From positions 16,840-80,839 of the forward strand of contig NZ_DASRYS010000014.1 of the NCBI RefSeq assembly GCF_035687085.1: 64,000 nt of DNA, read 5' to 3'. This document shows positions 26,000 to 34,487 of the stretch, one piece after another. Numbering within the stretch: position 1 is the stretch's first letter; each line of letters begins with the position of its first letter. The translations under genes and the position numbers were made by a program. The DNA is from Hyphomicrobium sp. (GTDB taxonomy: Bacteria; Pseudomonadota; Alphaproteobacteria; Rhizobiales; Hyphomicrobiaceae). The notes below the pieces were generated by a model that worked only from the letters and a program-made list of their open reading frames with translations, ran no database searches and was not told the DNA's origin.

Positions 26000-27093
26000 C
26001 GCGCATCTCCCGCGATCATTGCGTCGTCGCGACGTGGTGGGGGGCGCGCCTCCTTCAGCCATTGCGCCAGGAGAGACACACCGGTCTTCCAGGGCGTCGG
26101 CGGCGAAAGCTCGATCTTGCTTCGAAGGCTGCGTGTGTCGGAGACGTAGTAGCGTTGGTCACCGGCTCGCCAGTGGCTGTGACTTATCTCTAAAGGACGG
26201 CCGACGATCCGACCGATATGGTTCAGGACCTGAATCAGGCTCACCGCGTTTTCGGGGCCGCCCCCGACGTTGAAGGCTCTGCCCGCAACAAACGACGGCC
26301 TCTCGATCGCGCGCGCGTAGACCTCCGTGGTGTCCTCGACGAACATCACGTCTCGCACTTGCCGGCCATCGCCATAGATCGTGATCGGCGCCCCTTGCAG
26401 AGCTTTGATGAGAAAATGCGCGACCCAGCCCTGATCTTCAGTTCCCAGTTGCCGTGGACCATAGATGCAGCTCATTCGGAACACCGCTGCGGGTACACCT
26501 AGCGTTCTCGCGTAATCGAGCACGTATTGATCAGCGGCGCCCTTGGAGCAGCCGTATGGGGTGTGGAATGACAGGGGACGCGATTCGCCGATGCCGTGAG
26601 CGCGCAGATGCTCGTCAGCGGGGCGATACGCCAGACGCGTCTGCTCGAGTTCAACCTCGGCCAAATCGCCGTAGACTTTGTTCGTGCTTGCGAACAGGAA
26701 CGTCGGCGGCTTGCAGCAAGAGCGGGCCGCCTCAAGCAAATTCAATGTTCCGCGTACGTTGATGTCGAAGTCTTCTAACGGCCGTTCGATGCTCGTCGTG
26801 ACCGCCACTTGCGCGGCGAAGTGCACAACGGCGGAAGCTTGTGTGACGGCTTCCGCAGCGGCTTCGTTGCGCACGTCCGTTATCAGCACAGAGATGTTGC
26901 GGGGGTGGAGGCGCTTCAGTTCAGCGGCATTTTCCTCGACACCCGGCCGCGCTAACGAGTCAATGACGAGGACTTTTTTCCCGCTCCTTGCCAACCGGTT
27001 CGCGAGATTGGAGCCAATGAAGCCTGCGCCGCCGGTGATCAACACCGGATTTTCTTTTTCTCCGATCACAGCAGGTGCAACGACTGCTTTCAC
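25996..27093 (-). CDS. NAD-dependent epimerase/dehydratase (CDP-tyvelose/paratose 2-epimerase-like)
   Basis: TGGAGFIG, FAAQVAVTTS, STNKVYG, YGCSK, RMSCIYGPRQ.G.EDQGWVAHF. Confidence 0.85.
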   Translation of the reverse strand: MKAVVAPAVIGEKENPVLITGGAGFIGSNLANRLARSGKKVLVIDSLARPGVEENAAELKRLHPRNISVLITDVRNEAAAEAVTQASAVVHFAAQVAVTTSIERPLEDFDINVRGTLNLLEAARSCCKPPTFLFASTNKVYGDLAEVELEQTRLAYRPADEHLRAHGIGESRPLSFHTPYGCSKGAADQYVLDYARTLGVPAAVFRMSCIYGPRQLGTEDQGWVAHFLIKALQGAPITIYGDGRQVRDVMFVEDTTEVYARAIERPSFVAGRAFNVGGGPENAVSLIQVLNHIGRIVGRPLEISHSHWRAGDQRYYVSDTRSLRSKIELSPPTPWKTGVSLLAQWLKEARPPPRRDDAMIAGDAR

Positions 27094-28196
27094 GCCACCA
27101 GCCCCCGTGCTTCGAGTTCGGCTCGCGCTTCATTGACGCGATCGAGTGCGCGTTGCGTCTTCACCCATTCGACGAGTTCGCCAAGCGACTCTTCGAGCCG
27201 GCGTTTGGGCTTGTAGCCTAGAGCTGCCTCGGCATGGGTGATGTCAGCGAAGCAGTGACGGATATCGCCGAACCGCGCCTGATCGAGAACTTCAGGAGCT
27301 ATATCTGCGCGCCCCATCGCTTGGCCGAGTTTCTCCGCCACATCGTAGACTGAGTAACTGAGGCCACTTCCTATGTTGAAGACATCACCGTCGATGCCGG
27401 ACTGCTGCAGGGCGGCGAGAAAGGCAGACGTCACGTCTTCGACGTGAACGAAATCCCGGCGTTGCTGACCGTCTTCGAAGACAAGGGGCGGCTTGCCGTT
27501 GAAAAAGCGCGATGCAAAGATCGCGAGAACGCCGGTGTATGGATTGGAAAGCGCCTGACCTGGTCCAAACACGTTGAAGAGCCGAAGCGCGCATCCTTCC
27601 ATGCCGTGCGCTTTCGCGAGAAGCAGGGTCATTCGCTCCTGCGAATATTTGGTCAGCGCGTAAACCGATGCGAGCGTCGGGCGCTTGCTTTCCGGCGTGG
27701 GGATCGGCTCCAGCGGATAACCATTGCGATCCACTGGATCCCAAGATTTGCCAGCGCCGTAAGCACGCTCCACGTCTTCAACGAGCGATCCGTCGTGAGC
27801 GCGGTAGAGACCTTCGCCATAGATGCTCATCGACGAAGCGACGACGATCCGGCGAACGGGGGAACGCGAGAGTTCCTCCATCAAGACAGCCGTTCCGACG
27901 TCATTAACACTGACGTACTGCTCGACAGCGTACATACTTTGGCCGACGCCAACCTCGGCCGCGAGATGAACTACAGAGTCGACGCCTTTGAGCGCCTTGC
28001 GTACAGAATCGACGTTGCGAACGTCGCCGCGGAGGAATTGTACGTCGTCGGTTAGCGCAATATCTTCATTGCCATGAACTTGCTCGATCATGGAATCGAG
28101 GACGACGACGTCATGTCCTTGGGCCAGGAGAGCTCGGCACATATGCCGCCCGATAAAGCCTGCTCCTCCGGTCACGAGCACCTTTTCTCTCGACAC
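27090..28196 (-). CDS. NAD-dependent epimerase/dehydratase
   Basis: TGGAGFIG, LAAEVGVGQSMY, SSMSIYGEG, YALTK, RDFVHVED; GTG start after RBS AGGAG. Confidence 0.88.
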   Translation of the reverse strand: MSREKVLVTGGAGFIGRHMCRALLAQGHDVVVLDSMIEQVHGNEDIALTDDVQFLRGDVRNVDSVRKALKGVDSVVHLAAEVGVGQSMYAVEQYVSVNDVGTAVLMEELSRSPVRRIVVASSMSIYGEGLYRAHDGSLVEDVERAYGAGKSWDPVDRNGYPLEPIPTPESKRPTLASVYALTKYSQERMTLLLAKAHGMEGCALRLFNVFGPGQALSNPYTGVLAIFASRFFNGKPPLVFEDGQQRRDFVHVEDVTSAFLAALQQSGIDGDVFNIGSGLSYSVYDVAEKLGQAMGRADIAPEVLDQARFGDIRHCFADITHAEAALGYKPKRRLEESLGELVEWVKTQRALDRVNEARAELEARGLVA

Positions 28197-28234
28197 GCAA
28201 TGCTCCTGATGCCGTGGGTTTTGTTCACAAGGGC

Positions 28235-28259
28235 AATCCGGAGCTAGGAGGTAAGTTCC
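28235..28259 (-). promoter_or_regulatory. Possible sigma-EcfG-type promoter for the epimerase-to-UXS unit
   Basis: GGAAC-N16-GATT, 38 nt upstream of GTG 28196. Confidence 0.5.
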
Positions 28260-28740
28260 TTCTCTTTCTAAAAACGCCCTCGGTCAAAGTAGATTGTCGT
28301 TTCACGAGCGATCAGGCTCGATCGCCTTACCAACGGAATAAATCCGTCGACAGACGATCCGTTGCGTGAGCATTGCCGCTTCAGTCGTGCTGTCGTCTCA
28401 CGGCGAGAGGCGCGGAACCGCTAAGAGCAGCAATCACAACATCAATGTTGAAGTTTATTCGAGCTTAGCGGCACGGCGACTTGCAGGCCGCTGCCAAAGG
28501 GCGTGACGCAAACGCGCCGACAAAAGGCACACGCGCGATGTTTAATGGCGCATCGTTTGCGCCTCTAGAATGAAGGCTAAATGCGAAATTCGCCACCAAG
28601 CTGCTTCTGCGAGGCAGCGGCGGAGGTCAGGAATTCATATCGGGAGATTTGAAGAACCGCGCAGACGAAAGGGCGCTCAGCTAGCCTGGATTGCCATCTG
28701 AAGCTTGGCGAGCGCCCTTGTTTCTTCAGTCCGTAAGTGC

Positions 28741-29652
28741 TCAGCCAGCCGCAGAGCGGGGCTGGTTCTGTTCCTTGTGGTTGCGAAGCGCTACGCTCAT
28801 CGTTTCGCCAACGAGATGCGGGCTTTCGGCCATGATGACGCCGGCCCGGCCGAGTGCGGCGATTTTGGCAGCAGCAGTATCGCGGCCATGAACCAGAAGT
28901 GCTCCGGCATTTCCCGCACGACGTTCCGACGGTGCGTGGCTGCCCACGACGAGAGCGACGACTGGCACGCGTGGCTTTTTCTGGCGAAGGAGATCAGCAA
29001 CGTACTGCTCTTCTGTGCCGCCGACCTCACCAATGAGTACGATGCCTTCCGTTTCTTCGTCAGCCAAAAACAGCTCAACACAATCCTTCATCGTCAGGCC
29101 GTGAACAAGATCACCGCCCACTCCTACGCTCGTTGACAGACCGAGTCCCGCTGCGGAAATTTGCGCGATGACTTCGCTCGTCAGTGATGCAGAGCGGGAA
29201 ACGACCCCGATACCGCCTGGCCGCACGTTGCCGGTTGCGATGACGCCGAGCTTGCAGACGCCCGGAGCCAGGATGCCTTCCGAATTCGGTCCGACGAGCC
29301 GCGTCTGCGACCCCTTCAGGGCATGGCAGACGCGCACCATGTCGAGAACTGGAACGTGCTCCGTCAATGTGACCACCAGCGGAACTTCAGCTTCGATTGC
29401 CTCGATCATGGCGGCAGCTGCGTGCATCGGCGGCGCGAAGATCACACTCGCGTTGGCACGCGTCTGCTGAACCGCTTCTGAAACCGTATCGAAAATCGGG
29501 AGATCGAGATGGCGCTGCCCGCCCTTCCCTGGCGTGACGCCGGCGACGACATTGGTTCCATACTTCATCATGGCCGCGGTTTGCTGCGAACCAGCGCGAC
29601 CGGTCATGCCCTGGCAAATGACGCGCGTTTGGCGATTAACAAGAATCGACAT
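28741..29652 (-). CDS. Succinyl-CoA synthetase/malate thiokinase alpha-like protein lacking the catalytic His
   Basis: ICQGMTG, GVTPGKGG and GEVGG are retained; canonical RMGHAGA reads RAGNAGA and SRSGTL reads SRSASL; 303 aa. Confidence 0.8.
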   Translation of the reverse strand: MSILVNRQTRVICQGMTGRAGSQQTAAMMKYGTNVVAGVTPGKGGQRHLDLPIFDTVSEAVQQTRANASVIFAPPMHAAAAMIEAIEAEVPLVVTLTEHVPVLDMVRVCHALKGSQTRLVGPNSEGILAPGVCKLGVIATGNVRPGGIGVVSRSASLTSEVIAQISAAGLGLSTSVGVGGDLVHGLTMKDCVELFLADEETEGIVLIGEVGGTEEQYVADLLRQKKPRVPVVALVVGSHAPSERRAGNAGALLVHGRDTAAAKIAALGRAGVIMAESPHLVGETMSVALRNHKEQNQPRSAAG

Positions 29653-29663
29653 TATTTTCCTTC

Positions 29664-30806
29664 CTAGCGTGCTTCGGCTACGGCGTGCTCGGCGGCGGAC
29701 CGCATGTCCGCGCAGTCGATGATGCGGCAACCAAAATCTTCCAGACGTGCTCTCGCGGCATGAGCATTGTTACCGGCCAGCCGGACCACTGTCGGCAGCG
29801 AGCGGCCGGTGCGGCGCATAGCGATGCCAAGGCCTTCGACGACCTTATCGCAAGGCTGCATGCCGCCTCCGTGGACATTGATGAGAAGAGAACGAACCTT
29901 CGGGTTGTCGAGGATCATTGCGAAACCACGGGCAATGTCCACGCTCGTCGCGCTCGTGCGGATGTCCATGAAGTTCGCCGGCCGGCCTTTGGCTGCGCGT
30001 ATCATGTCGACGGTGGCGAGACCGAGCCCGGCGCCGTTGGCAGCAACGCCGATGTCACCATCGAGGCTGACGTAGTTCAGACGGTAGCTTTGCGCGTTGA
30101 TCTCGAGCTCGTCATCTGCGCGGAGCGCAAAGAGTGACGGGTGGCGGAACATTGCGTTGTCATCGACGGTCAACACCGCGCTTAGCGCAAGCAGCTCACC
30201 TTCCGGCATGATCGCCAACGGATCGATCTCGATGCGGCTGGCATCAAGCTCGACGAAGGCGCGCATCAGGCCGTGCGTCAACGTCGAAAAGGCGTTGCGG
30301 GCATTGTCTGGAATAGCGAGACGCGCTGCAAACAGCATCACGTCGTACTCCGGGAAGGTGTGCCCCGTGCCGAGGGTCAATTGCTGCACGCCAGCCTGGC
30401 CGAACGCGGCTACGTTGCCCGCTGCATCGCAGTTTTGCGCAGACATCACGATGCCCCGCACTGCGGGATCCACGAACAGCGACAAAGAAATTCCGCGCTC
30501 TGCGATGACGGCTGCTTCGACCATGACGCGCTTGATCGATTGCGTCTTCAGGCCGCCGTAGTCGGAAATTTTGCGCTGGAGCAGGTCGCCTGCCGCCTTT
30601 TTCACCTCGGCGGGGGAATAGACGAGATAGGCATCCGATAGTTTCCGGCGGAAGCCGTCGACCTGAGCTTTCACAACGAAGCTTGGAGTGCCGAGTCCTG
30701 TGGCTACCTCTTCTGCTTGGTCGGGTGTGATGGCGACGCCCCACTGCGGGGACTTCAAGCCGAAATCCGACAACAGCTGCTTCGTCTGGAACTCGTGGAG
30801 CTTCAT
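29664..30806 (-). CDS. Succinyl-CoA synthetase/malate thiokinase beta-like protein with a degenerate ATP-grasp domain
   Basis: LHEFQTK, VVKAQV, DDNAMFRHP, NGAGLGLATVD and VVRLAG are retained; the GRGKAGG, EINP and ALDAK motifs are altered; 380 aa. Confidence 0.8.
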   Translation of the reverse strand: MKLHEFQTKQLLSDFGLKSPQWGVAITPDQAEEVATGLGTPSFVVKAQVDGFRRKLSDAYLVYSPAEVKKAAGDLLQRKISDYGGLKTQSIKRVMVEAAVIAERGISLSLFVDPAVRGIVMSAQNCDAAGNVAAFGQAGVQQLTLGTGHTFPEYDVMLFAARLAIPDNARNAFSTLTHGLMRAFVELDASRIEIDPLAIMPEGELLALSAVLTVDDNAMFRHPSLFALRADDELEINAQSYRLNYVSLDGDIGVAANGAGLGLATVDMIRAAKGRPANFMDIRTSATSVDIARGFAMILDNPKVRSLLINVHGGGMQPCDKVVEGLGIAMRRTGRSLPTVVRLAGNNAHAARARLEDFGCRIIDCADMRSAAEHAVAEAR

Positions 30807-30912
30807 GCACTCCTCCTGTTTGGTTTTTTCCTTTTACTACTAGATCATGCGTTCGAAAAAAAGCGGCGAAAGCACGGAGGAAGCACCTTCGCCGCCGAAG
30901 CATTGCGGGTAA

Positions 30913-32187
30913 TCACTCGGCTGCGATTGGAACCTGATCGCCTAGAGCGCCGCTTGCCTCGATTTCTTGAATGTGATCCTCGTCGAGTTGCAGAACCTCG
31001 CGCAGAATTTCTGCGGTGTGCTCACCGAGAAGCGGCGAGCGCTCGACGACGGTTGGACTTTCGGAGAGCTTGATCGGATTGCCAACCGAGAGATACTTGC
31101 CCCGAACGGGATGATCGACCTCTACGATAGTGCCCGTGCGGCGAAGCGAGGGCTCTTCGGCGATTTCTTTCATCGAGAGGATCGGCCCGCATGGAATGTG
31201 ATACTTGTTGAGTATCTCCATGGCCTCGTACTTCGTCTTACTCGAAGTCCACTCCTCGATCGTTGCGAATATGCTTTTCAGACGCGGCAGGCGCGCGGCA
31301 GGCGTCGCGTAATCTGGATCGGTGATCCACTCTTCTTTGCCGATTACTTTGCAGATGTCGGCCCAGACCGGCGCTTGCGTAATGAAGTAGATGTAAGCGT
31401 TGGGATCGGACTCCCAATTCTTGCATTTGAGAATCCATCCGGGCTGACCGCCACCCGACGCGTTTCCTGCGCGCGGAACGGTGTCTCCAAATGCGCCACC
31501 TGGATATTGCGGATATTCGGTAAGCGGACCGCGCTCCAGGCGCTGCTGGTCGCGCAGCTTCACGCGGCAGAGATTCAGCACGCCATCCTGCATGGCGGCA
31601 TCGACTCGCTGCCCGCGCCCGGTGACCGTGCGCTGGTAGAGGGCGGTGACGATGCCGAGCGCAAGATGCAGGCCCGTACCGCTGTCGCCGATCTGCGCTC
31701 CCGTGATGAGCGGAGGACCATCATCGAATCCGGTTGTAGAGGCGGCACCTCCCACACACTGAGCGACATTCTCATAGACCTTACAGTCCTGGTACGGGCC
31801 CGGACCGAAGCCTTTGATCGATGCCACGATCATGCGTGGGTTGAGCTCTTGAATACGCGCCCAGGAGAAACCCATCCTATCAAGGGCACCGGGCGCGAAG
31901 TTCTCGACGAGGACATCGCAAGCTTTGATGAGGTCTTCGAGCACCGCCTTGCCCGTGGCGTTTTTCGTATCGAGCGTGATGGACCGCTTATTGTGGTTCA
32001 GCATCGTGAAATAGAGGCTGTCCGCATTCGGCACGTCGCGTAGCTGCGTCCGCGTTACGTCGCCGACGCCTGGTTTTTCCACCTTGATGACGTCGGCTCC
32101 GAACCAAGCCAATAACTGGGTACATGCCGGACCCGATTGCACGTGTGTGAAGTCGAGAACGCGTACGCCGTCGAGCGCCTTGCCCAT
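30913..32187 (-). CDS. frc: Formyl-CoA transferase (class III CoA-transferase), paralog 2
   Basis: [48 protein letters not shown] (catalytic Asp), [10 protein letters not shown]; 424 aa. Confidence 0.88.
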   Translation of the reverse strand: MGKALDGVRVLDFTHVQSGPACTQLLAWFGADVIKVEKPGVGDVTRTQLRDVPNADSLYFTMLNHNKRSITLDTKNATGKAVLEDLIKACDVLVENFAPGALDRMGFSWARIQELNPRMIVASIKGFGPGPYQDCKVYENVAQCVGGAASTTGFDDGPPLITGAQIGDSGTGLHLALGIVTALYQRTVTGRGQRVDAAMQDGVLNLCRVKLRDQQRLERGPLTEYPQYPGGAFGDTVPRAGNASGGGQPGWILKCKNWESDPNAYIYFITQAPVWADICKVIGKEEWITDPDYATPAARLPRLKSIFATIEEWTSSKTKYEAMEILNKYHIPCGPILSMKEIAEEPSLRRTGTIVEVDHPVRGKYLSVGNPIKLSESPTVVERSPLLGEHTAEILREVLQLDEDHIQEIEASGALGDQVPIAAE

Positions 32188-32274
32188 CTGAACTCGCTCC
32201 TGTTGTTGTTTTGTTGGAGCCCTGGCAGGTGCGACCGGATCCTTTAAAGCGCCGATCCCCGCCTAGTTTTAGTC

Positions 32275-32291
32275 TGGCATACTGAATACCA
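32275..32291. promoter_or_regulatory. Candidate GntR operator
   Basis: TGGCAT-N5-ATACCA upstream of frc paralog 2. Confidence 0.7.
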
Positions 32292-32401
32292 CAGCGTCAA
32301 TACGAAGCGCGACGAGATATACCATTCGCGCGCTGCTAAAGCTCGCTCTCATGCAAATCCTGCAATGCCGCAATGCAGCAAAGCCCTACAAACGCGGTAT
32401 A

Positions 32402-32418
32402 TGGCATGCTATATACCA
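32402..32418. promoter_or_regulatory. Candidate GntR operator
   Basis: TGGCAT-N5-ATACCA upstream of the 44-aa ORF; an overlapping degenerate copy lies at 32395-32411. Confidence 0.65.
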
Positions 32419-32476
32419 GACCATGACGAAGCCGGTTTTGACAGCCGCTTCAGTGACATCAGGAAGGAGATTAATC

Positions 32477-32611
32477 ATGACTGCGACAGTCCTGCGCACC
32501 GCTGGCGAGCGGTCCATTGCCACCCGGGTGTGGGCTTGGATCTCGAGCTTCTTGGCTCAGACGGCTGAAATCGACCGCCGGAATGGCTCGGTTGAGCCGT
32601 TCGGCCTCTGA
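32477..32611 (+). CDS. Small protein (44 aa) ending in VEPFGL
   Basis: Strong RBS AAGGAG 7 nt before the ATG; operator upstream. Confidence 0.55.
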   Translation: MTATVLRTAGERSIATRVWAWISSFLAQTAEIDRRNGSVEPFGL

Positions 32612-32906
32612 GAGGAGTTCCCAACCTCACCTAACTCCGAGCCACTCTTTACGTGTTGATGGAGAGCAAGTGCTTACTGAGGCTTGAATAATTGGCCCGG
32701 TATGCAGACTTGCCTCCCCGGGGGCGAAATAAGGCTGGAATATCGCCAAATAAAAATTTTTTAAGGGTTGGCGCTCCCGCCCAGGCTTCTCGAAAAATCT
32801 ATACCGATGAACACTTTGCCTCGTCTGGGATCCCTCGACGAGCGTTTCGTGTTGTGCCATTCCAAGGGCCTAATCTCCGCGACTGCGACAATAGTGTCTT
32901 GCGTTC

Positions 32907-32923
32907 TGGCATTCAATATACCA
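32907..32923. promoter_or_regulatory. Candidate GntR operator
   Basis: TGGCAT-N5-ATACCA upstream of oxlT. Confidence 0.7.
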
Positions 32924-33006
32924 GACTGCCGCTGTGACAATGTTGACGAACTTGTTGCGGACGAAACCCTCGACTACTCCCATCAGCAGAAACAAGGGGG
33001 AAGTAA

Positions 33007-34305
33007 ATGGCAGGAACTCCAGGAGAAATGGCCCCGCAGAAGGTGTCCGACGGTTATCGCTGGTGGCAGCTAACCGTCGGTGTCATCTGTATGGTTATGA
33101 TTGCTAACCTTCAGTACGGTTGGACCTTCTTTGTCCCAGACATCCAACAGAAATTCGGGTGGGATCGATCAGCGATCCAATGGGCCTTCACGCTTTTCGT
33201 GTTGTTTGAAACTTGGCTTGTGCCCGTAGAAGCCTGGTTCGTTGACAAATACGGCCCGCGCCGGGTCGTCGTTTTCAGCGGCATTCTTTGCGGCGTTGGT
33301 TGGGTCATAAACTCATACGCGACCACTCTGGGCGAATTTTACCTCGGCCAGGTCATAGCGGGCATCGGCGCCGGCGGTGTGTACGGCACCTGCGTCGGCA
33401 ACGCCCTCAAATGGTTCCCAGACAAACGCGGTCTTGCGGCAGGTATCACAGCTGCAGGTTTCGGTGCTGGCGCAGCTCTCACGGTCGCCCCCATCCAGTG
33501 GATGATCGGCGAGCACGGCTTCCAGTCTGCCTTCTACTACTTCGGAATCGGGCAAGGCCTGATCGTGGTCATCTTCGCTCTGATGATGGTCGGTCCGAAG
33601 GCCGGTCAGACACCGCAAACGGTCAACGCAAACATCATCCAGACGAAGCGAAACTACGCTCCGACGGAAGTGCTACGTCAGCCCATCTTCTGGCTCATGT
33701 ATCTGATGTTCGTTGTCGTTGGCGCCGGCGGTCTTATGGCTACGGCGAACCTCAAGCCCATCGCGGCTGACTGGGGTATCGACAGCATCCCGGTGACGAT
33801 GTTCGGGCTGACCATGACGGTGATCACGTTCGCAGCAACGATCGATCGCATTCTCAATGGCCTGACCCGCCCGTTCTTCGGCTGGGTTTCGGACCATATC
33901 GGTCGTGAAAACACGATGTGCATCTGCTTCGCGTTGGAAGGCTTGGGCATTTACCTGCTCTACCTGTGGGGCCACGATCCGATCTGGTTCGTGATCCTGA
34001 GCGGTTGCGTGTTCTTCGCCTGGGGTGAGATCTACAGTCTTTTCCCGTCGACGTGCACCGACACCTTCGGCACCAAGTACGCAGCGACCAATGCTGGCCT
34101 GCTTTACACGGCTAAGGGTACAGCCGCGTTGATCGTTCCCTTCGCCAACACGCTCCAGCAGCAGACGGGATCGTGGGACTTGGTTCTGATCATCGCCGCC
34201 GGCGCAAACGTCGGAGCCTCGATCCTCGCAATCGCGGTGTTGAAGCCCTGGCGCGCGGGCGTCGTCCGCCGCAACGCATTGCCCGAAGCACAGGCAATGG
34301 CGTAA
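33007..34305 (+). CDS. oxlT: Oxalate/formate antiporter (MFS, OFA family)
   Basis: MIANLQYGWT, GNALKWFPDKRGLAAG, NGLTRPFFGWVSD, NAGLLYTAKG; about 12 TM segments; context with oxc/frc. Confidence 0.9.
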   Translation: MAGTPGEMAPQKVSDGYRWWQLTVGVICMVMIANLQYGWTFFVPDIQQKFGWDRSAIQWAFTLFVLFETWLVPVEAWFVDKYGPRRVVVFSGILCGVGWVINSYATTLGEFYLGQVIAGIGAGGVYGTCVGNALKWFPDKRGLAAGITAAGFGAGAALTVAPIQWMIGEHGFQSAFYYFGIGQGLIVVIFALMMVGPKAGQTPQTVNANIIQTKRNYAPTEVLRQPIFWLMYLMFVVVGAGGLMATANLKPIAADWGIDSIPVTMFGLTMTVITFAATIDRILNGLTRPFFGWVSDHIGRENTMCICFALEGLGIYLLYLWGHDPIWFVILSGCVFFAWGEIYSLFPSTCTDTFGTKYAATNAGLLYTAKGTAALIVPFANTLQQQTGSWDLVLIIAAGANVGASILAIAVLKPWRAGVVRRNALPEAQAMA

Positions 34306-34320
34306 TCCGGTTACGGAAAC

Positions 34321-34350
34321 AGGGATGGCGGCAATGCCGCCATCCCTTTC
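34321..34350 (+). terminator. Rho-independent terminator after oxlT
   Basis: Perfect 12-bp stem AGGGATGGCGGC-AAT-GCCGCCATCCCT followed by a T-rich run. Confidence 0.8.
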
Positions 34351-34487
34351 AATTTTTTTCGGCCGGCAATCGGGGACGCACAAACAGTGCGGCCGGCACC
34401 GACAACCAGACAAAGCAACTTCGCAAGCACCAGCTCACGCGGGGAAGATGCATTAATTTCATCTGAATAGACGGGGGTCTTAATCAT

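Noticed and set aside
28260-28740. About 480-nt intergenic region: possible sRNA or small ORF
   Set aside because: No convincing ORF, RBS or recognisable RNA structure by eye. It cannot be excluded without a covariance-model search.
28741-30806. Calling these genes the TCA-cycle sucCD or serine-cycle mtkAB
   Set aside because: The phospho-His and ATP-grasp residues are missing, so no gene symbol is given. Also not called pseudogenes, because both frames are intact.
30967-32043. 358-aa plus-strand ORF
   Set aside because: Exact antisense of frc paralog 2; a GC-rich codon-symmetry artefact.
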